Below are positions 11,004 to 21,098 of a stretch of 64,000 nt of DNA, in pieces. Source of the stretch: an uncultured Planctomycetota bacterium (GTDB lineage: Bacteria > Planctomycetota > Planctomycetia > Isosphaerales > Isosphaeraceae); NCBI GenBank assembly GCA_963737655.1, contig CAVTTN010000002.1, forward strand, positions 1,152,001 to 1,216,000. The letters run 5' to 3'. The position numbers and the translations under genes are program-made. How positions within the stretch are numbered: the first letter of the stretch is position 1; each line of letters begins with the position of its first letter. The notes below the pieces were generated by a model. That model did not search any database. It was not told the DNA's origin and saw only the letters and a program-made list of their open reading frames with translations.

Positions 11004-11312
11004 CGTCAGCCTCCTCGCACAAACAGGACTCGTCTTCGAACCCGACCAAAATTTACAAAACGGGAAGAAACGAGTCAATAAGCCATACCTCCGCCCCCGA
11101 ATTTGCGCCAAATCGCTACGAAGCCAAAGATTTCGACAAAGAATCCTGTTTGCAAGCGTGTCCAAGGGCCAACAAGGCCGCGAAATGGCCCAAGAAGCGA
11201 CAAGGCGGCCGTCGGCCCGAGCCCTGGGGGATCGAGGCCGACGGGCCTTGGGGGCGTCCCATGAATCGAATCACGAGGGCCTGGAGATCCCCGGGCCCGG
11301 GCCGTCGGCGGT

Positions 11313-11576
11313 TCAGGCGCCCTTGGCCTCGAGCTCTTTCATGACTCCCACGAGCAGCGCGGGGTCCTTCTTGGCCATCAGGTGGTCGATCCGGGCCGGG
11401 GGGAATTCCAGCTTCGTCAGGATGTCGGCCACTCGCTTCCAGAGCCGATCCTTCGCCTTGCCCTCGGCCAGGTAGAGCTCGGTGACCAGCTCGGAGAGCC
11501 TCTGGGACTGGATCGAGTCGTAATTGTTGTAGTAGCGCTTGACGATCTTCTGCTGATAGGGGGACAGATCGGCCAT
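11313..11576 (-). CDS. Small hypothetical protein (87 aa, helical)
   Basis: Clean ORF with strong codon bias and a GGAGG RBS. Confidence 0.8.
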   Translation of the reverse strand: MADLSPYQQKIVKRYYNNYDSIQSQRLSELVTELYLAEGKAKDRLWKRVADILTKLEFPPARIDHLMAKKDPALLVGVMKELEAKGA

Positions 11577-11621
11577 CGGGGGCCTCCGGGGTGTCCGGGC
11601 GGGGACCGTCTCGGGCGGATT

Positions 11622-12041
11622 CTAATCCAGGTCGGGCTTCTTCCGCAGTTTCTTGACGACCGACCGCCGCCCCTTGGCCTCGACCCGGCGGACCCGGGAG
11701 GCCATCGTCGGCTTGGTCGGGCGCCGGACCTTGGGCGGCCGGCTCGCGGCCAGGACCAGCTCGCGGACCTTCTCCAGGCAATCGTCGATGTTCCGTCCCT
11801 GGTCGCGGGTCTTCTGCGACGTGACGAGCAATTCCCCCTCGGTCGTCAGCCGAGCGGCGACGGCTTTCAGCAATCGATCGCGGACGGCCGGAGGCAGGCT
11901 CGGGCTGGCTCCGGGCGACCACCGAAGCGTCGCCTTCGACGCCACCTTGTTCACGTTCTGACCCCCCGGCCCGCCCGAACGGGCGAACTCGAACGAGAAC
12001 TCGTCCATCGGGATCGCGATCCGTTCGGTGATGATGAGCAT
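11622..12041 (-). CDS. arfB: Alternative ribosome-rescue peptidyl-tRNA hydrolase ArfB (YaeJ)
   Basis: ARSGGPGGQNVNKV, RDQGRN, and basic tail RRPTKPT..SRVRR..K. Confidence 0.95.
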   Translation of the reverse strand: MLIITERIAIPMDEFSFEFARSGGPGGQNVNKVASKATLRWSPGASPSLPPAVRDRLLKAVAARLTTEGELLVTSQKTRDQGRNIDDCLEKVRELVLAASRPPKVRRPTKPTMASRVRRVEAKGRRSVVKKLRKKPDLD

Positions 12042-12173
12042 CGGTCGAGGTCCTGAAGCGGTGTGCCGATCATTCTAACGGATCGCGCGCCAAGCTGCCC
12101 GCGATTCGCCCGGCTTCCCGGCAATCCTCCTCCGAAGCCCGCCCTCCGTGATAAAACAGGACGGGGGCGAGTC

Positions 12174-12194
12174 GGCGGGTTCCACCCGCCTTAC
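12174..12194 (-). repeat. REP-like hairpin, GGCGGG-stem variant
   Basis: Reverse complement GTAA-GGCGGG-TGGAA-CCCGCC. Confidence 0.7.
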
Positions 12195-12230
12195 ACATCG
12201 GTGGGGTCCGCCCACCTCTCGGGGCCTGTC

Positions 12231-13898
12231 ATGGACGATCGCGAAACCCAGGGCGAGGTCGAGCGGGCGGCCCGGTCCCTCCTGGGCTGGCCGTTCAGCC
12301 TGCTCGTGGCGGGGATCTCGGCCGCCATGGTCGCCACCTGGCTGCCCCATTACCTGCTCTGGCCCTGGTGGCCCGACCTGGACACCTGGGCGACGATCGC
12401 CCAGGGGTGGGATTCGGGGATTCGCCCCTATCGCGACGTCGTCATCTTCAACTTCCCCGGGCAGATCTACGGCGCCTACGGCCTGGGCAAGCTCTTCGGC
12501 TGGGGCCGGACCTGGCCGGTCTTCGCGCTCGACGCCGCCCTCCTCCTGACCCTGGGCGGGCTGCTCGCAAGCTGGAGCCGCCGGTGCCTGGGGCGGACAC
12601 TGCCGGGCCTGGTCGGGTTCGCGGCCGTCCTCTCGGCCTACCTGAACCTGGACTACACCTACGCCGCGCAGAGGGACTGGCAGGGGCCGTTGCTCGCCCT
12701 GGCGGGCCTGCTCATCGTCCAGCGATGGCCGGGCCCGAAAGGCCGGCTCGCCGCCTCGGCCCTCCTGGCGATGGGCTTCGCGATCCGGCCCCACGTCGTC
12801 CTCTTCGGGCCTCCGATCGCCCTGGCGATCTACCTTCAGAGGCCCGAGGCCGAGCCCCGATCCGCCACGGCCCGGAGGTTCGCGATCTGGGCCGCGCTTT
12901 CGCTCCTGATGGTCGCTCTGGCGTTCTCGCCGTTGATCTGGCAGGGCTTGATGGGCGATTTCGTCCGGGGGGTCCGCCAGGCCAGCTACGGGAGCCGGTA
13001 CAGCCAGACGACCCGGAAATCCCTGGGGATGGGCCTCCTCCACGGGCTCTCGCTCGACCGCCTCGACCGCCCGTTCCGGCTCCGGGGGCCGGCCCTGGCC
13101 AACGAGCTGTGGGAGCGTCTGGAAGGCTGGAAGACCCTGGCCACGATCGCCCTGCTCATCCTGATCGCCCGGACGGCGCCGGACCGCGTCCGCCGGGTTG
13201 CGTGGCCGTGGGTGGCGGCCCTGGGGTTCGCCCTGCTCTATCGGCCCCTGCACCCGAAACCCCACCTCTATCTCGTCTTGCCGCTCCGGCTGACGTGGGC
13301 CTGCTCGCTCCCGCTGCTCGTCGATGGCCTGCTGAGGACGACGGCGAGGCGCCCCATCCTGGGGCTGGCCGGCACCCTGATCCTGCTCGGGGTGGCGGTC
13401 CCGGGCGTCCCGAGCTTCTGTTCGGTCACCGAGAGCCTCGACGCCCTCCGCGAGTGGAAACGATCGGACGAGCCCGAGCTCCTGCCCCGGACCGCCTCCG
13501 CCCAGTTCCACCCGGGACGGCCGGAATCCCCGTTCACCTGGCCCGACTATCGCCGGACGTTGATTTATTTGCGGTCCCGGACGTCCCCCGCGACCCCGGT
13601 GGCGAACCTCCTGAACAACGTCCCGTTCCCGGCGATCAACGGGCCGATCGGGCGGATTTCGCCGTTGCCGGCCGAGTCCGGCCTGATCTGGATCTGGTCG
13701 GTCGATCCGACCCAGGAAGACGCCTTCGTGAAAGCCCTGGAACGCTCGCCGGCCGGCACGGTGGTCGTCTGGTCGCCGGGCACCCCCACGTTCGACAAAC
13801 GGCTCCAGATCCCCAAGCTCTCGGAGGCCGTTCGCCGCATGTTCCGTCCCGAGGCCAGGTTCGGGCCCATCGAGGTCTGGCGGAAACCGGGCGGCTGA
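12231..13898 (+). CDS. Polytopic membrane protein, GT-C (ArnT/PMT-like) glycosyltransferase-like
   Basis: PDLDTW..G..PYRD..NFPG loop after the first TM; many hydrophobic segments; soluble C-terminal domain. Confidence 0.7.
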   Translation: MDDRETQGEVERAARSLLGWPFSLLVAGISAAMVATWLPHYLLWPWWPDLDTWATIAQGWDSGIRPYRDVVIFNFPGQIYGAYGLGKLFGWGRTWPVFALDAALLLTLGGLLASWSRRCLGRTLPGLVGFAAVLSAYLNLDYTYAAQRDWQGPLLALAGLLIVQRWPGPKGRLAASALLAMGFAIRPHVVLFGPPIALAIYLQRPEAEPRSATARRFAIWAALSLLMVALAFSPLIWQGLMGDFVRGVRQASYGSRYSQTTRKSLGMGLLHGLSLDRLDRPFRLRGPALANELWERLEGWKTLATIALLILIARTAPDRVRRVAWPWVAALGFALLYRPLHPKPHLYLVLPLRLTWACSLPLLVDGLLRTTARRPILGLAGTLILLGVAVPGVPSFCSVTESLDALREWKRSDEPELLPRTASAQFHPGRPESPFTWPDYRRTLIYLRSRTSPATPVANLLNNVPFPAINGPIGRISPLPAESGLIWIWSVDPTQEDAFVKALERSPAGTVVVWSPGTPTFDKRLQIPKLSEAVRRMFRPEARFGPIEVWRKPGG

Positions 13899-14234
13899 CC
13901 AGGAAAACAGGGAGACTCGCACCTCGCCCGCGACACACGGATCTCGCAGTCTTCGTCGGGCGGGCCCTGGCCTGCCGTCTTCGCGTCTCGGCGGGCCAGG
14001 GCCTGCCTGCCCTCCACGGGTGCGACCCGAGCGTGGCCCGCCGTGCCGCTCGGTTCGCGATCGCGCATTTTCCTGCCGGCTCCTCGGTTGAATAGGGGAA
14101 GGGCGGGGACCATAATGGACCGAGATCGACGCCCGCCCGGCCGGCCTCGCGCCCTCCGCCCGCGACCGAGATCCGTCCGCCCCTCCGTTTCGTTCCGTCT
14201 CGATCCGTCCCGCCCGGCCCCGACGAGCCCGCCC

Positions 14235-15455
14235 ATGCCCGCCGCCACCCCGCCTCGCCGCAAAGTCGGTCTCTGGCTCATTGGCGCCTTCGGAGGGGTC
14301 GGCACGACGATCACTCTCGGGCTGGCGGCCCTGGCCCGGGGCCAGAAATCCTCGACCGGGCTGGTCACCGCCCTCCCCATGTTCGAGGGCCTCGACCTGC
14401 CCGATCCGTCCGACTTCGTCGTCGGCGGCCACGACATCCGCCAGGGCTCGTTCGAGGAATCGGCCGAGGAGTTCCGCCGCAATTCCGGCGTGTTCGATTC
14501 GGAACTGATCGCCGCGTGCCGAGCCGACCTGGCCGCCGCCTCCGCCCGCGTCCGGCCCGGGACGAAGCTCGGCTCCGGCGCCGTGATCTCCAGGCTCGGC
14601 ACCTGGGGCGACGCCAAGCCCGCGAGGACCGCCCGCGAGGCCGTCGATCGGATCGCCGCCGACCTCGCCGCGTTCGTCGAGGCCGAGAGGGTCGATCACC
14701 TGATCGTCCTGAACGTCGCCAGCACCGAGCCGCCGTTCACCCTGGGCGACGTCCACCAGAACTGGGACACCCTCAGCGCCGCCCTGGCCGACGGAGGCGC
14801 GGAGCTCCTCCCCTCCAGCTCGCTCTACGCCCTGGCGGCCCTCCGCAACGGCCACACGTATGTGAATTTCACGCCCAGCCTCGGCGCCTCGATCCCGGCC
14901 CTCTCGCAGCTCGCCGAGACGACCGGCTCCCTCCTGGCCGGCAAGGACGGCAAGACGGGCGAGACGCTCATGAAGACCGTCCTCGCCCCGATGTTCGCCG
15001 CCAGGAACCTGGACGTGATGAGCTGGGTCGGCCACAACATTTTCGGCAACCGCGACGGCGTGGTGCTGGACGACCCGGTGAACAAGTCGTCCAAGGTCGA
15101 GACCAAGGACAAGGTCATCACCCAGATCCTCGGCTACAAGCCGTCGACTCTGGTGACGATCGAGTACATCCCCGACATGGGGGACTGGAAGACGGCCTGG
15201 GACCACATCCACTTCCAGGGCTTCCTCGGCTGCAAGATGGCCCTCCAGTTCACCTGGCAAGGCTGCGACAGCCTCCTGGCCGCTCCCCTGGCCATCGACC
15301 TGGCAAGGCTCGCCGACTTCGAGAAGGCGCGGGGCGGGTCCGGCCTGATGAGGCACCTCGCCTCCTTCTTCAAGAGCCCCGAGGGCGTCGCCGAGAACGA
15401 CTTCTTCAAGCAATTCGCCGTCCTGGCGGAATACGCGGCGAAGGCCGGGCGGTGA
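14235..15455 (+). CDS. ino1: myo-inositol-1-phosphate synthase
   Basis: GLWLIGAFGGVGTT, VLNVASTEP, YVNFTPS, GKDGKTGETLMK, NIFGNRDG, GDWKTAWD, GCDSLLAAPL, FFKSP. Confidence 0.93.
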   Translation: MPAATPPRRKVGLWLIGAFGGVGTTITLGLAALARGQKSSTGLVTALPMFEGLDLPDPSDFVVGGHDIRQGSFEESAEEFRRNSGVFDSELIAACRADLAAASARVRPGTKLGSGAVISRLGTWGDAKPARTAREAVDRIAADLAAFVEAERVDHLIVLNVASTEPPFTLGDVHQNWDTLSAALADGGAELLPSSSLYALAALRNGHTYVNFTPSLGASIPALSQLAETTGSLLAGKDGKTGETLMKTVLAPMFAARNLDVMSWVGHNIFGNRDGVVLDDPVNKSSKVETKDKVITQILGYKPSTLVTIEYIPDMGDWKTAWDHIHFQGFLGCKMALQFTWQGCDSLLAAPLAIDLARLADFEKARGGSGLMRHLASFFKSPEGVAENDFFKQFAVLAEYAAKAGR

Positions 15456-15773
15456 GCGTGAGGGTCTACCTCGAAGTGGACCCCAGGACGCTCCGATTGC
15501 CGCCAAGCCGACTCGATGGGGCCGACCCGATCAAACTCAAGGAGCAAATCCTGCGATTCGGCGCGGCGACGCATGAGATGCCGGATGTTTTCGTCTAATC
15601 GCGATCGGGCCGGTCTCCTGATGATCTGGGAAGCGGTCACGAGGGCCACCCGGATCGCGCTCCTCTCGCCCGGGACGATGATTCGAGTCGAAGTACTCGC
15701 CACCAAGGATAAGGACTTCAGCAAGCAACCCAGGGTGGAGGATCGCCTGCCGTGGCAGATCCAATCCGAATAG
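15452..15773 (+). CDS. Small ParB/Srx-fold-like hypothetical protein (apparent frameshift at ~15597)
   Basis: GTG overlaps the ino1 stop. VDPRTLRLPPSRLDGADPIKL..MPDVFV, then with one A removed YRDRAGLLMIWEAVTRATRIALLSPG..IRVEV. Confidence 0.6.
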
Positions 15774-16603
15774 AGCTTCTCGAGGTTGTTTCTCGCATTT
15801 ACCGCATCCTGCCAGGGATGCGATTGGGTCAACTCGTCTGCAACCTTGCGTCCCTGGTCGAGATGTCCATCGAGGCCGTTTGGACCGTGGAGGATGCGCC
15901 CCTCCTCCTGGAATCCGAAGCATTCCTCGACGAGCAGGTGAACCGCCTCGGGCTTTCGGGGCCCTCGTTCACGGAACAGGAACTCGAACTTATCCTCCAG
16001 GGGTCGGAGGAGTTCGAACGCCACCGGGACACGGACTTTCTTTCCTCGATCGCCTGGTGTCTTGAGGAGTTCTCCGAGCTTCGATTCGGAGAATTGATCG
16101 CGCTCCTCGTCGCTCATCACCGACGTCCTAACTCACCACGCGAGTGGGCGGCTTCGATCTGGGACATCAGCGATGAAGATCTCGAAGCGGTGATCTATAG
16201 GCTCAATTGGAGAAATACCGGCATTTCGAATACCACAACCATTGTGTCCATGTTCGGAACGAGCCAGGATGCCCGACCCGTGATCCTGCGACGGGCCTGG
16301 CTCGACACGTTGGCCCTCGCCGTTCGAACCGGAGAGGTCATCTCGGCGAATGATGAAGTCAACGGTCATGGCGCAGCCACCGATCCGGACGCGGTTCGAT
16401 GCAGCCCGAGGATCGGATGGAAACCTGGACGGAACGAGATCGAGAACTCCTGGAATTCATCAAGTCCTTCCTCGAACAGCGGCCATACAATACGATCGAC
16501 GCCGATTAAGGTGTCGATCCCCACATCACGCACCGATGATTCCAAACTCACTCTAGCCTGGGCCGGACCATGCGCCTCGCCTTCAGCACGAACGCCTACA
16601 TGA
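15752..16603 (+). CDS. Hypothetical protein with two tandem YihD/DUF1040-like helical domains
   Basis: PGMRLGQLV..VWTVED..L and SELRFGELI..IWDISDEDL; lower GC than flanks; C-terminal third uncertain. Confidence 0.55.
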   Translation: MADPIRIELLEVVSRIYRILPGMRLGQLVCNLASLVEMSIEAVWTVEDAPLLLESEAFLDEQVNRLGLSGPSFTEQELELILQGSEEFERHRDTDFLSSIAWCLEEFSELRFGELIALLVAHHRRPNSPREWAASIWDISDEDLEAVIYRLNWRNTGISNTTTIVSMFGTSQDARPVILRRAWLDTLALAVRTGEVISANDEVNGHGAATDPDAVRCSPRIGWKPGRNEIENSWNSSSPSSNSGHTIRSTPIKVSIPTSRTDDSKLTLAWAGPCASPSARTPT

Positions 16604-17427
16604 AGTTCTCCTTCGAGGAGGCCGTGGCCCGGATCGCCTCGATCGGCTACGAGGGGCTGGAGCTCATGGCCGACGTCCCCCACGCCTGGCCCAACGGGCT
16701 CCTGCCAGGCCCGAAGAAGGCCATCGGCGCCGCCATGCGCAACGGCGGCCTCGAATTCTCGAACGTCAACGCGTTCATGATGAACGCGATCAACGACTAC
16801 CGCCAGCCGTACTGGTATCCCTCGTTCATCGAGCCCGACGAGGGTTACCGCCGCGTGAGGATCGACCACACGAGGCGGGCCCTGTCCCTCTGCGCCGATC
16901 TCGGCGCCCCGCACATCACCACCGAGCCGGGCGGGCCGATCGCCCCGGGCCAGGCCCGCGAACAGGCCGTCTCGCTGTTCGTGGAGGCGCTGAAGCCGCT
17001 GGCCGAGCATGCCCATCACCTCGGCGTGATGCTGTTGATCGAGCCCGAGCCGGGCCTCCTCGTCGAGACGACCGACGAGTACCTGGAGATCGCCGAGAAG
17101 GTCGATGCCCCCTCGATCGGCCTGAACTTCGACGTCGGCCACGCCTTCTGCATGAGCGAGGACCTCCCCAGGCAGATCGCCAAGCTCGCGAAGCACACGC
17201 GCCACTATCATTTCGAGGACATCGCCGAGACCCGGGTCCATCACCACCTGATCCCCGGCCTCGGCGCGATCGATTTCCCCGAGGTCGTCGCCGCGATCCA
17301 GGCCACCGGCTACGACGGCTGGATCACCGTCGAGCTGTACCCGAACGTGGACGACCCCGACGGCGCCGCCCAGGCCGCGTACGACAAGCTCAAGCCCCTG
17401 ATCGACGCCCCGGCGCCCTCCCGATGA
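16570..17427 (+). CDS. Sugar-phosphate isomerase/epimerase TIM barrel (ebo-cluster type)
   Basis: GYEGLELMAD, LIEPEPG, LNFDVGH, HFED, HHHLIPG, TVELY. Confidence 0.9.
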   Translation: MRLAFSTNAYMKFSFEEAVARIASIGYEGLELMADVPHAWPNGLLPGPKKAIGAAMRNGGLEFSNVNAFMMNAINDYRQPYWYPSFIEPDEGYRRVRIDHTRRALSLCADLGAPHITTEPGGPIAPGQAREQAVSLFVEALKPLAEHAHHLGVMLLIEPEPGLLVETTDEYLEIAEKVDAPSIGLNFDVGHAFCMSEDLPRQIAKLAKHTRHYHFEDIAETRVHHHLIPGLGAIDFPEVVAAIQATGYDGWITVELYPNVDDPDGAAQAAYDKLKPLIDAPAPSR

Positions 17428-18329
17428 CGCTGAAGCCGTACTTCCAGCTCGTCCGCCTGCCGAACCTGTTCACGGCCGCCGCCGACCCGATCGCCGGGGC
17501 GATCCTGGCCGTCGGCGCGACGGTTTCGCCCCGCCGATGGCTCCCCCTGGCCCTCGCGTCGGCCGCGATCTATGCCGCCGGGATCGTCCTCAACGATGTT
17601 TTTGATTACGAGATCGACAAACGGGAGCGCCCGAATCGCCCGTTGCCCTCGGGCCGCGTCTCGCGACGGTTCGCCGCCTGGCTCGGCTCGCTGTTGATGA
17701 TCGGAGGGGTGGCGCTGGCGGCCGTCCCGGGGGAGCGTCCGCCGCTCTTCGTGGCCCTGGCGCTGGCCTCGGCGGTCCTGGTCTACGACGTCTGGGCCCG
17801 CAAGACGGTGCTCGGTCCCGAGGTCATGGGGCTCTGCCGGGGCCTGAACCTGGCGCTCGGGTTGAGCCTCGACCCGGGGTTCGGCGGGCCGTCGGCCCTG
17901 ATGGCGGCGGGGGCGTTCGGGCTGTTCGTCGTCGGCCTGACGTGGATCAGCCGATCGGAGGTCGAGGAGGGGCGGTCTCGGGGCGTGGCGGCGGGGATGG
18001 TGATTCAGGACCTCGCGATCCTCGGCCTCTTCGCCGCGATCTTGAGGGCGGCCACCTTCCCGGGCGCCGGCTCCGAGCGGCCGATCTTGCCATTGGAAGG
18101 CTTGCTGGTCCTCGGGATGGTCGCCCTGATCGTCAACGCGAGAGTCGGCCGGGCCTGGGTGGAACCGACTCCGAAAACGATCCAGATGGCCGTGAAAACC
18201 GGCGTCCTGTCGCTGGTGTGGCTCGACGTGGGCCTCGTGGCGGGCGTCCGGGGGCCGGGCCCGGCCCTGGGCATCGCGGCCCTTTGGCTCCCGGCGTTCG
18301 TCCTGGGTAAATGGCTCTATTCGACGTGA
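17424..18329 (+). CDS. UbiA-family prenyltransferase (EboC-like)
   Basis: LVRLPNLFTA, LNDVFDYEIDKRERPNRPLPSG, YD, MGLCRGLN, ISRSE; ATGA overlap with the upstream gene. Confidence 0.92.
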   Translation: MTLKPYFQLVRLPNLFTAAADPIAGAILAVGATVSPRRWLPLALASAAIYAAGIVLNDVFDYEIDKRERPNRPLPSGRVSRRFAAWLGSLLMIGGVALAAVPGERPPLFVALALASAVLVYDVWARKTVLGPEVMGLCRGLNLALGLSLDPGFGGPSALMAAGAFGLFVVGLTWISRSEVEEGRSRGVAAGMVIQDLAILGLFAAILRAATFPGAGSERPILPLEGLLVLGMVALIVNARVGRAWVEPTPKTIQMAVKTGVLSLVWLDVGLVAGVRGPGPALGIAALWLPAFVLGKWLYST

Positions 18330-18351
18330 TTTCGAGACGAGGGCGTCCGCG

Positions 18352-19235
18352 ATGAGGCTCGGCTACAACACCAACGGCCTCGCCCACCACCGATTGACCG
18401 ACGCGATCCGCCTCCTCGCCGACGAGGGGTTCCGGAGCGTCGCCATCACCCTCGACGCCGCCGCGCTCGACCCGTTCGGCGATCCGATCGCCCTGATGTC
18501 GCAGATTGAGGAAATCCGAACCCTCCTCGACAAATCGCGGATGACCTGCGTGATCGAGACCGGCGCCCGCTACCTCCTGAACCCGAGGATGAAGCACGAC
18601 CCGACGCTGATGGACCCCGATCCCGTCCGCCGGAACGTCCGCATCGACTTCCTCAAGAGGGCCATCGACCTGGCCAGCGAACTCAACGCCGAAGCCATGT
18701 CGTTCTGGTCGGGAATCCTCCGCGATGACGCCTCGGAGGTGATCGCGATGGGGCGACTGGTCGAGGCGCTGAAGCCGGTGCTCGACCACTCCGAGCTCAG
18801 GGACGTCCGGCTCGCCTTCGAGCCCGAGCCGGGGATGTTCATCGACACCCTCGCCCGGTTCGCCGAGCTCGACCGGCGCCTCGCCCACCCGCGCTTTCAG
18901 ATGACGATGGACCTCGGCCACGTCCACTGCAATGAAGAGGGGGCCGTCGCCGACCACATCCTCGCCTGGGCCCGAGGATCGCCAACGTCCACATCGAGGA
19001 CATGGTCCGGGGCGTCCACGATCACCTGATGTTCGGCGAGGGGACGATGGATTTCCCCCCGATTTTCGACGCGTTGCGCGACGTGGGTTACGCCGGGAGC
19101 GTGAACGTCGAGCTCAGCCGCCACAGCCACATGGGCGTGGAGGCCGTCCGCCGGTCCCGAGCGTTCCTCGGCCCGCTCATCCACGGCCGGTCGGGGCCGA
19201 CGACGTCCCGCCTCACATCCGCTCCACCGTCCTGA
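18352..19235 (+). CDS. Sugar-phosphate isomerase/epimerase TIM barrel (apparent frameshift at ~18970)
   Basis: MRLGYNTNG, IETGARYLL, AFEPEPGM, MDLGH; second frame NVHIEDM..HDHLMFGEG..VNVELSRHS. Confidence 0.88.
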
Positions 19236-21069
19236 TCCCCAGCAATCCCAGGCCGAGCTGGAGGGTCCGGGCGGTCAGGTCGCAGAGGGCCAGCCGGCTG
19301 TCTCGTCTCGACGGCGATTCGGCCTTCAACACCGGGCAGCCCTCGAAGAACGTGCTGAACTCGTTGGCCAGGGCGAACAGGTAATCCGTCAGGACGTTCG
19401 GCTTCAGGTCGGCCGCCGCGAGCTCCAGGGTCTCCGGCAGACGCAGGATGCGGACGCCCAGGGCCCGCTCGGCCGGGTGGTTCAGGACGATCGGCGGGCG
19501 GGCCGACCGGATCGCCTCGGGGTCGATCCCGCCCTTGCGAAAGATGCTTCGAATCCTGGCATAAGCATATTGAAGATAGGCCCCGGTGTTCCCGTTCATG
19601 GCCATCATCTTCTTCCAGTCGAACACATAATCGCTCATGCGATTTTGCGAAAGATCGGCATATTTGATCGCGCCGATCCCGACGACCTCGGCGACCCGGG
19701 CGCGCTCGGCCTCGTCCAGCTCCGGGCTGTTCTCGTCGATGACCTTCCTCGCCTCGCTCACGGCCTCATCCAGCAGGGATTCGAGGCCGATCACGTCGCC
19801 GTCGCGGGTCTTGTACGGGCGGCGGTCGCCCCCGAGGACGGTCCCGAAGGCGACGTGCTGGAAGTCCGTGCGGTCGTAGCCCCAGCGGCGGGCCACGTCG
19901 AACAGGCCCTTGAAGTGGTCGGACTGGCGGTGATCGACGACGTACAGCACCTGGTCGGGGTCCCACGTCTCGGCCCGGTAGCGGACCGTGGCGAGGTCCG
20001 TGGTCCCGTAGTTGTACGCGCCGTCGCTCTTGCGGACGAGGAACGGGGCTTTTGACCCCTCGACGAACACGGCCAACGCCCCCTCGCTCTCGACGGCCAG
20101 GCCCTTCTCCTGGAGGTCGGCCACGACGTCGGCGAGCATCGGGTCGTAGAAACTCTCGCCGAGCTGGACGTCGAAATGGACGTCCAGGCGATCGTAAATC
20201 CCCCGCAAGGCGTCCAGGCACAGGGGCATGAACCGTTCCCAGAGGGCGCGGTTCTCGGGGTCTCCGGCGTGGAGCTTCGCGGTCTCCTCCCGGGATTCGT
20301 CGGCGACCTTCCGTCCGAATTCGATCACCCGATGGACGTCGGCGAGGCTCAAGCCCGAGCCGTCATAGGTGTTATTGAACAGGGCCTCGGCGTCGGCCGT
20401 CCTGCCCTGGGCCTCCAGGGCGAGCACCTTGCCGTGCTTCTCCTCCAGGTTGTCGGCGGCCTTGATGTGCGACTGGACCGAGCGGTACAGCCGGGCGAGC
20501 TCGGCCACGGGGTCGGCCTCGAACGCCGATTCCATCCGTTCGTGCTTCCAGCCCCAGAGGATCATCCCCATCTGCGAGCCCCAGTCGCCGAGGTGATTGT
20601 CCCGGATGACCTCGTGGCCCAGGGCCTTGACGATCCTCGACAGGCTCTCGCCGATCGCCGTCGAGCGGACGTGCCCCACGTGCATCGGCTTGGCCACGTT
20701 CGGCGACGAGTAGTCGATCACGACCGTCCTCGGAGCCTCGGGCGGGACGATCCCCAGCGCGTCGTCGTCCAGCAGGTCGCCCAGGGTCGAGGAGATCCAG
20801 TCATCCTTGAGGCGAACATTCAAGAATCCGGCGCCGGCGATCTCGGGGCGATCGGCCATCGGCGCGAGGTCGACGGCCTCGGCCACTTTCTCGGCGAGGT
20901 CGCGGGGCTTCACGCCCAGCGCCTTGGCCAGGGGCATGCAGCCGTTGGCCTGGTAGTCGCCGAACTTCGGGTCGGTGCTCGGCCGGACGGCCGAGGCGAA
21001 GGCGGACGGGTCGCCGCCCGAGGGCGTCGCGGCGGCGAAAGCGGCCCGGAGGCGGTTCAGGACGTTCAT
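19213..21069 (-). CDS. argS: Arginine--tRNA ligase
   Basis: FGDYQAN, DYSSPNVAKPMHVGHVRS, NHLGDWG, KSDG..Y..TDLA, GNTGAYLQYAYARI. Alternative start at 21102. Confidence 0.97.
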   Translation of the reverse strand: MNVLNRLRAAFAAATPSGGDPSAFASAVRPSTDPKFGDYQANGCMPLAKALGVKPRDLAEKVAEAVDLAPMADRPEIAGAGFLNVRLKDDWISSTLGDLLDDDALGIVPPEAPRTVVIDYSSPNVAKPMHVGHVRSTAIGESLSRIVKALGHEVIRDNHLGDWGSQMGMILWGWKHERMESAFEADPVAELARLYRSVQSHIKAADNLEEKHGKVLALEAQGRTADAEALFNNTYDGSGLSLADVHRVIEFGRKVADESREETAKLHAGDPENRALWERFMPLCLDALRGIYDRLDVHFDVQLGESFYDPMLADVVADLQEKGLAVESEGALAVFVEGSKAPFLVRKSDGAYNYGTTDLATVRYRAETWDPDQVLYVVDHRQSDHFKGLFDVARRWGYDRTDFQHVAFGTVLGGDRRPYKTRDGDVIGLESLLDEAVSEARKVIDENSPELDEAERARVAEVVGIGAIKYADLSQNRMSDYVFDWKKMMAMNGNTGAYLQYAYARIRSIFRKGGIDPEAIRSARPPIVLNHPAERALGVRILRLPETLELAAADLKPNVLTDYLFALANEFSTFFEGCPVLKAESPSRRDSRLALCDLTARTLQLGLGLLGIRTVERM

Positions 21070-21098
21070 CGGTCGTCTCGGATCGAGAGGCGAGGAGG

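Noticed and set aside
11145..11166. Possible sigma54 site upstream of the XRE regulator (reverse TTGGACACGCTTGC)
   Set aside because: The GG-to-GC spacing is too short for a -24/-12 promoter.
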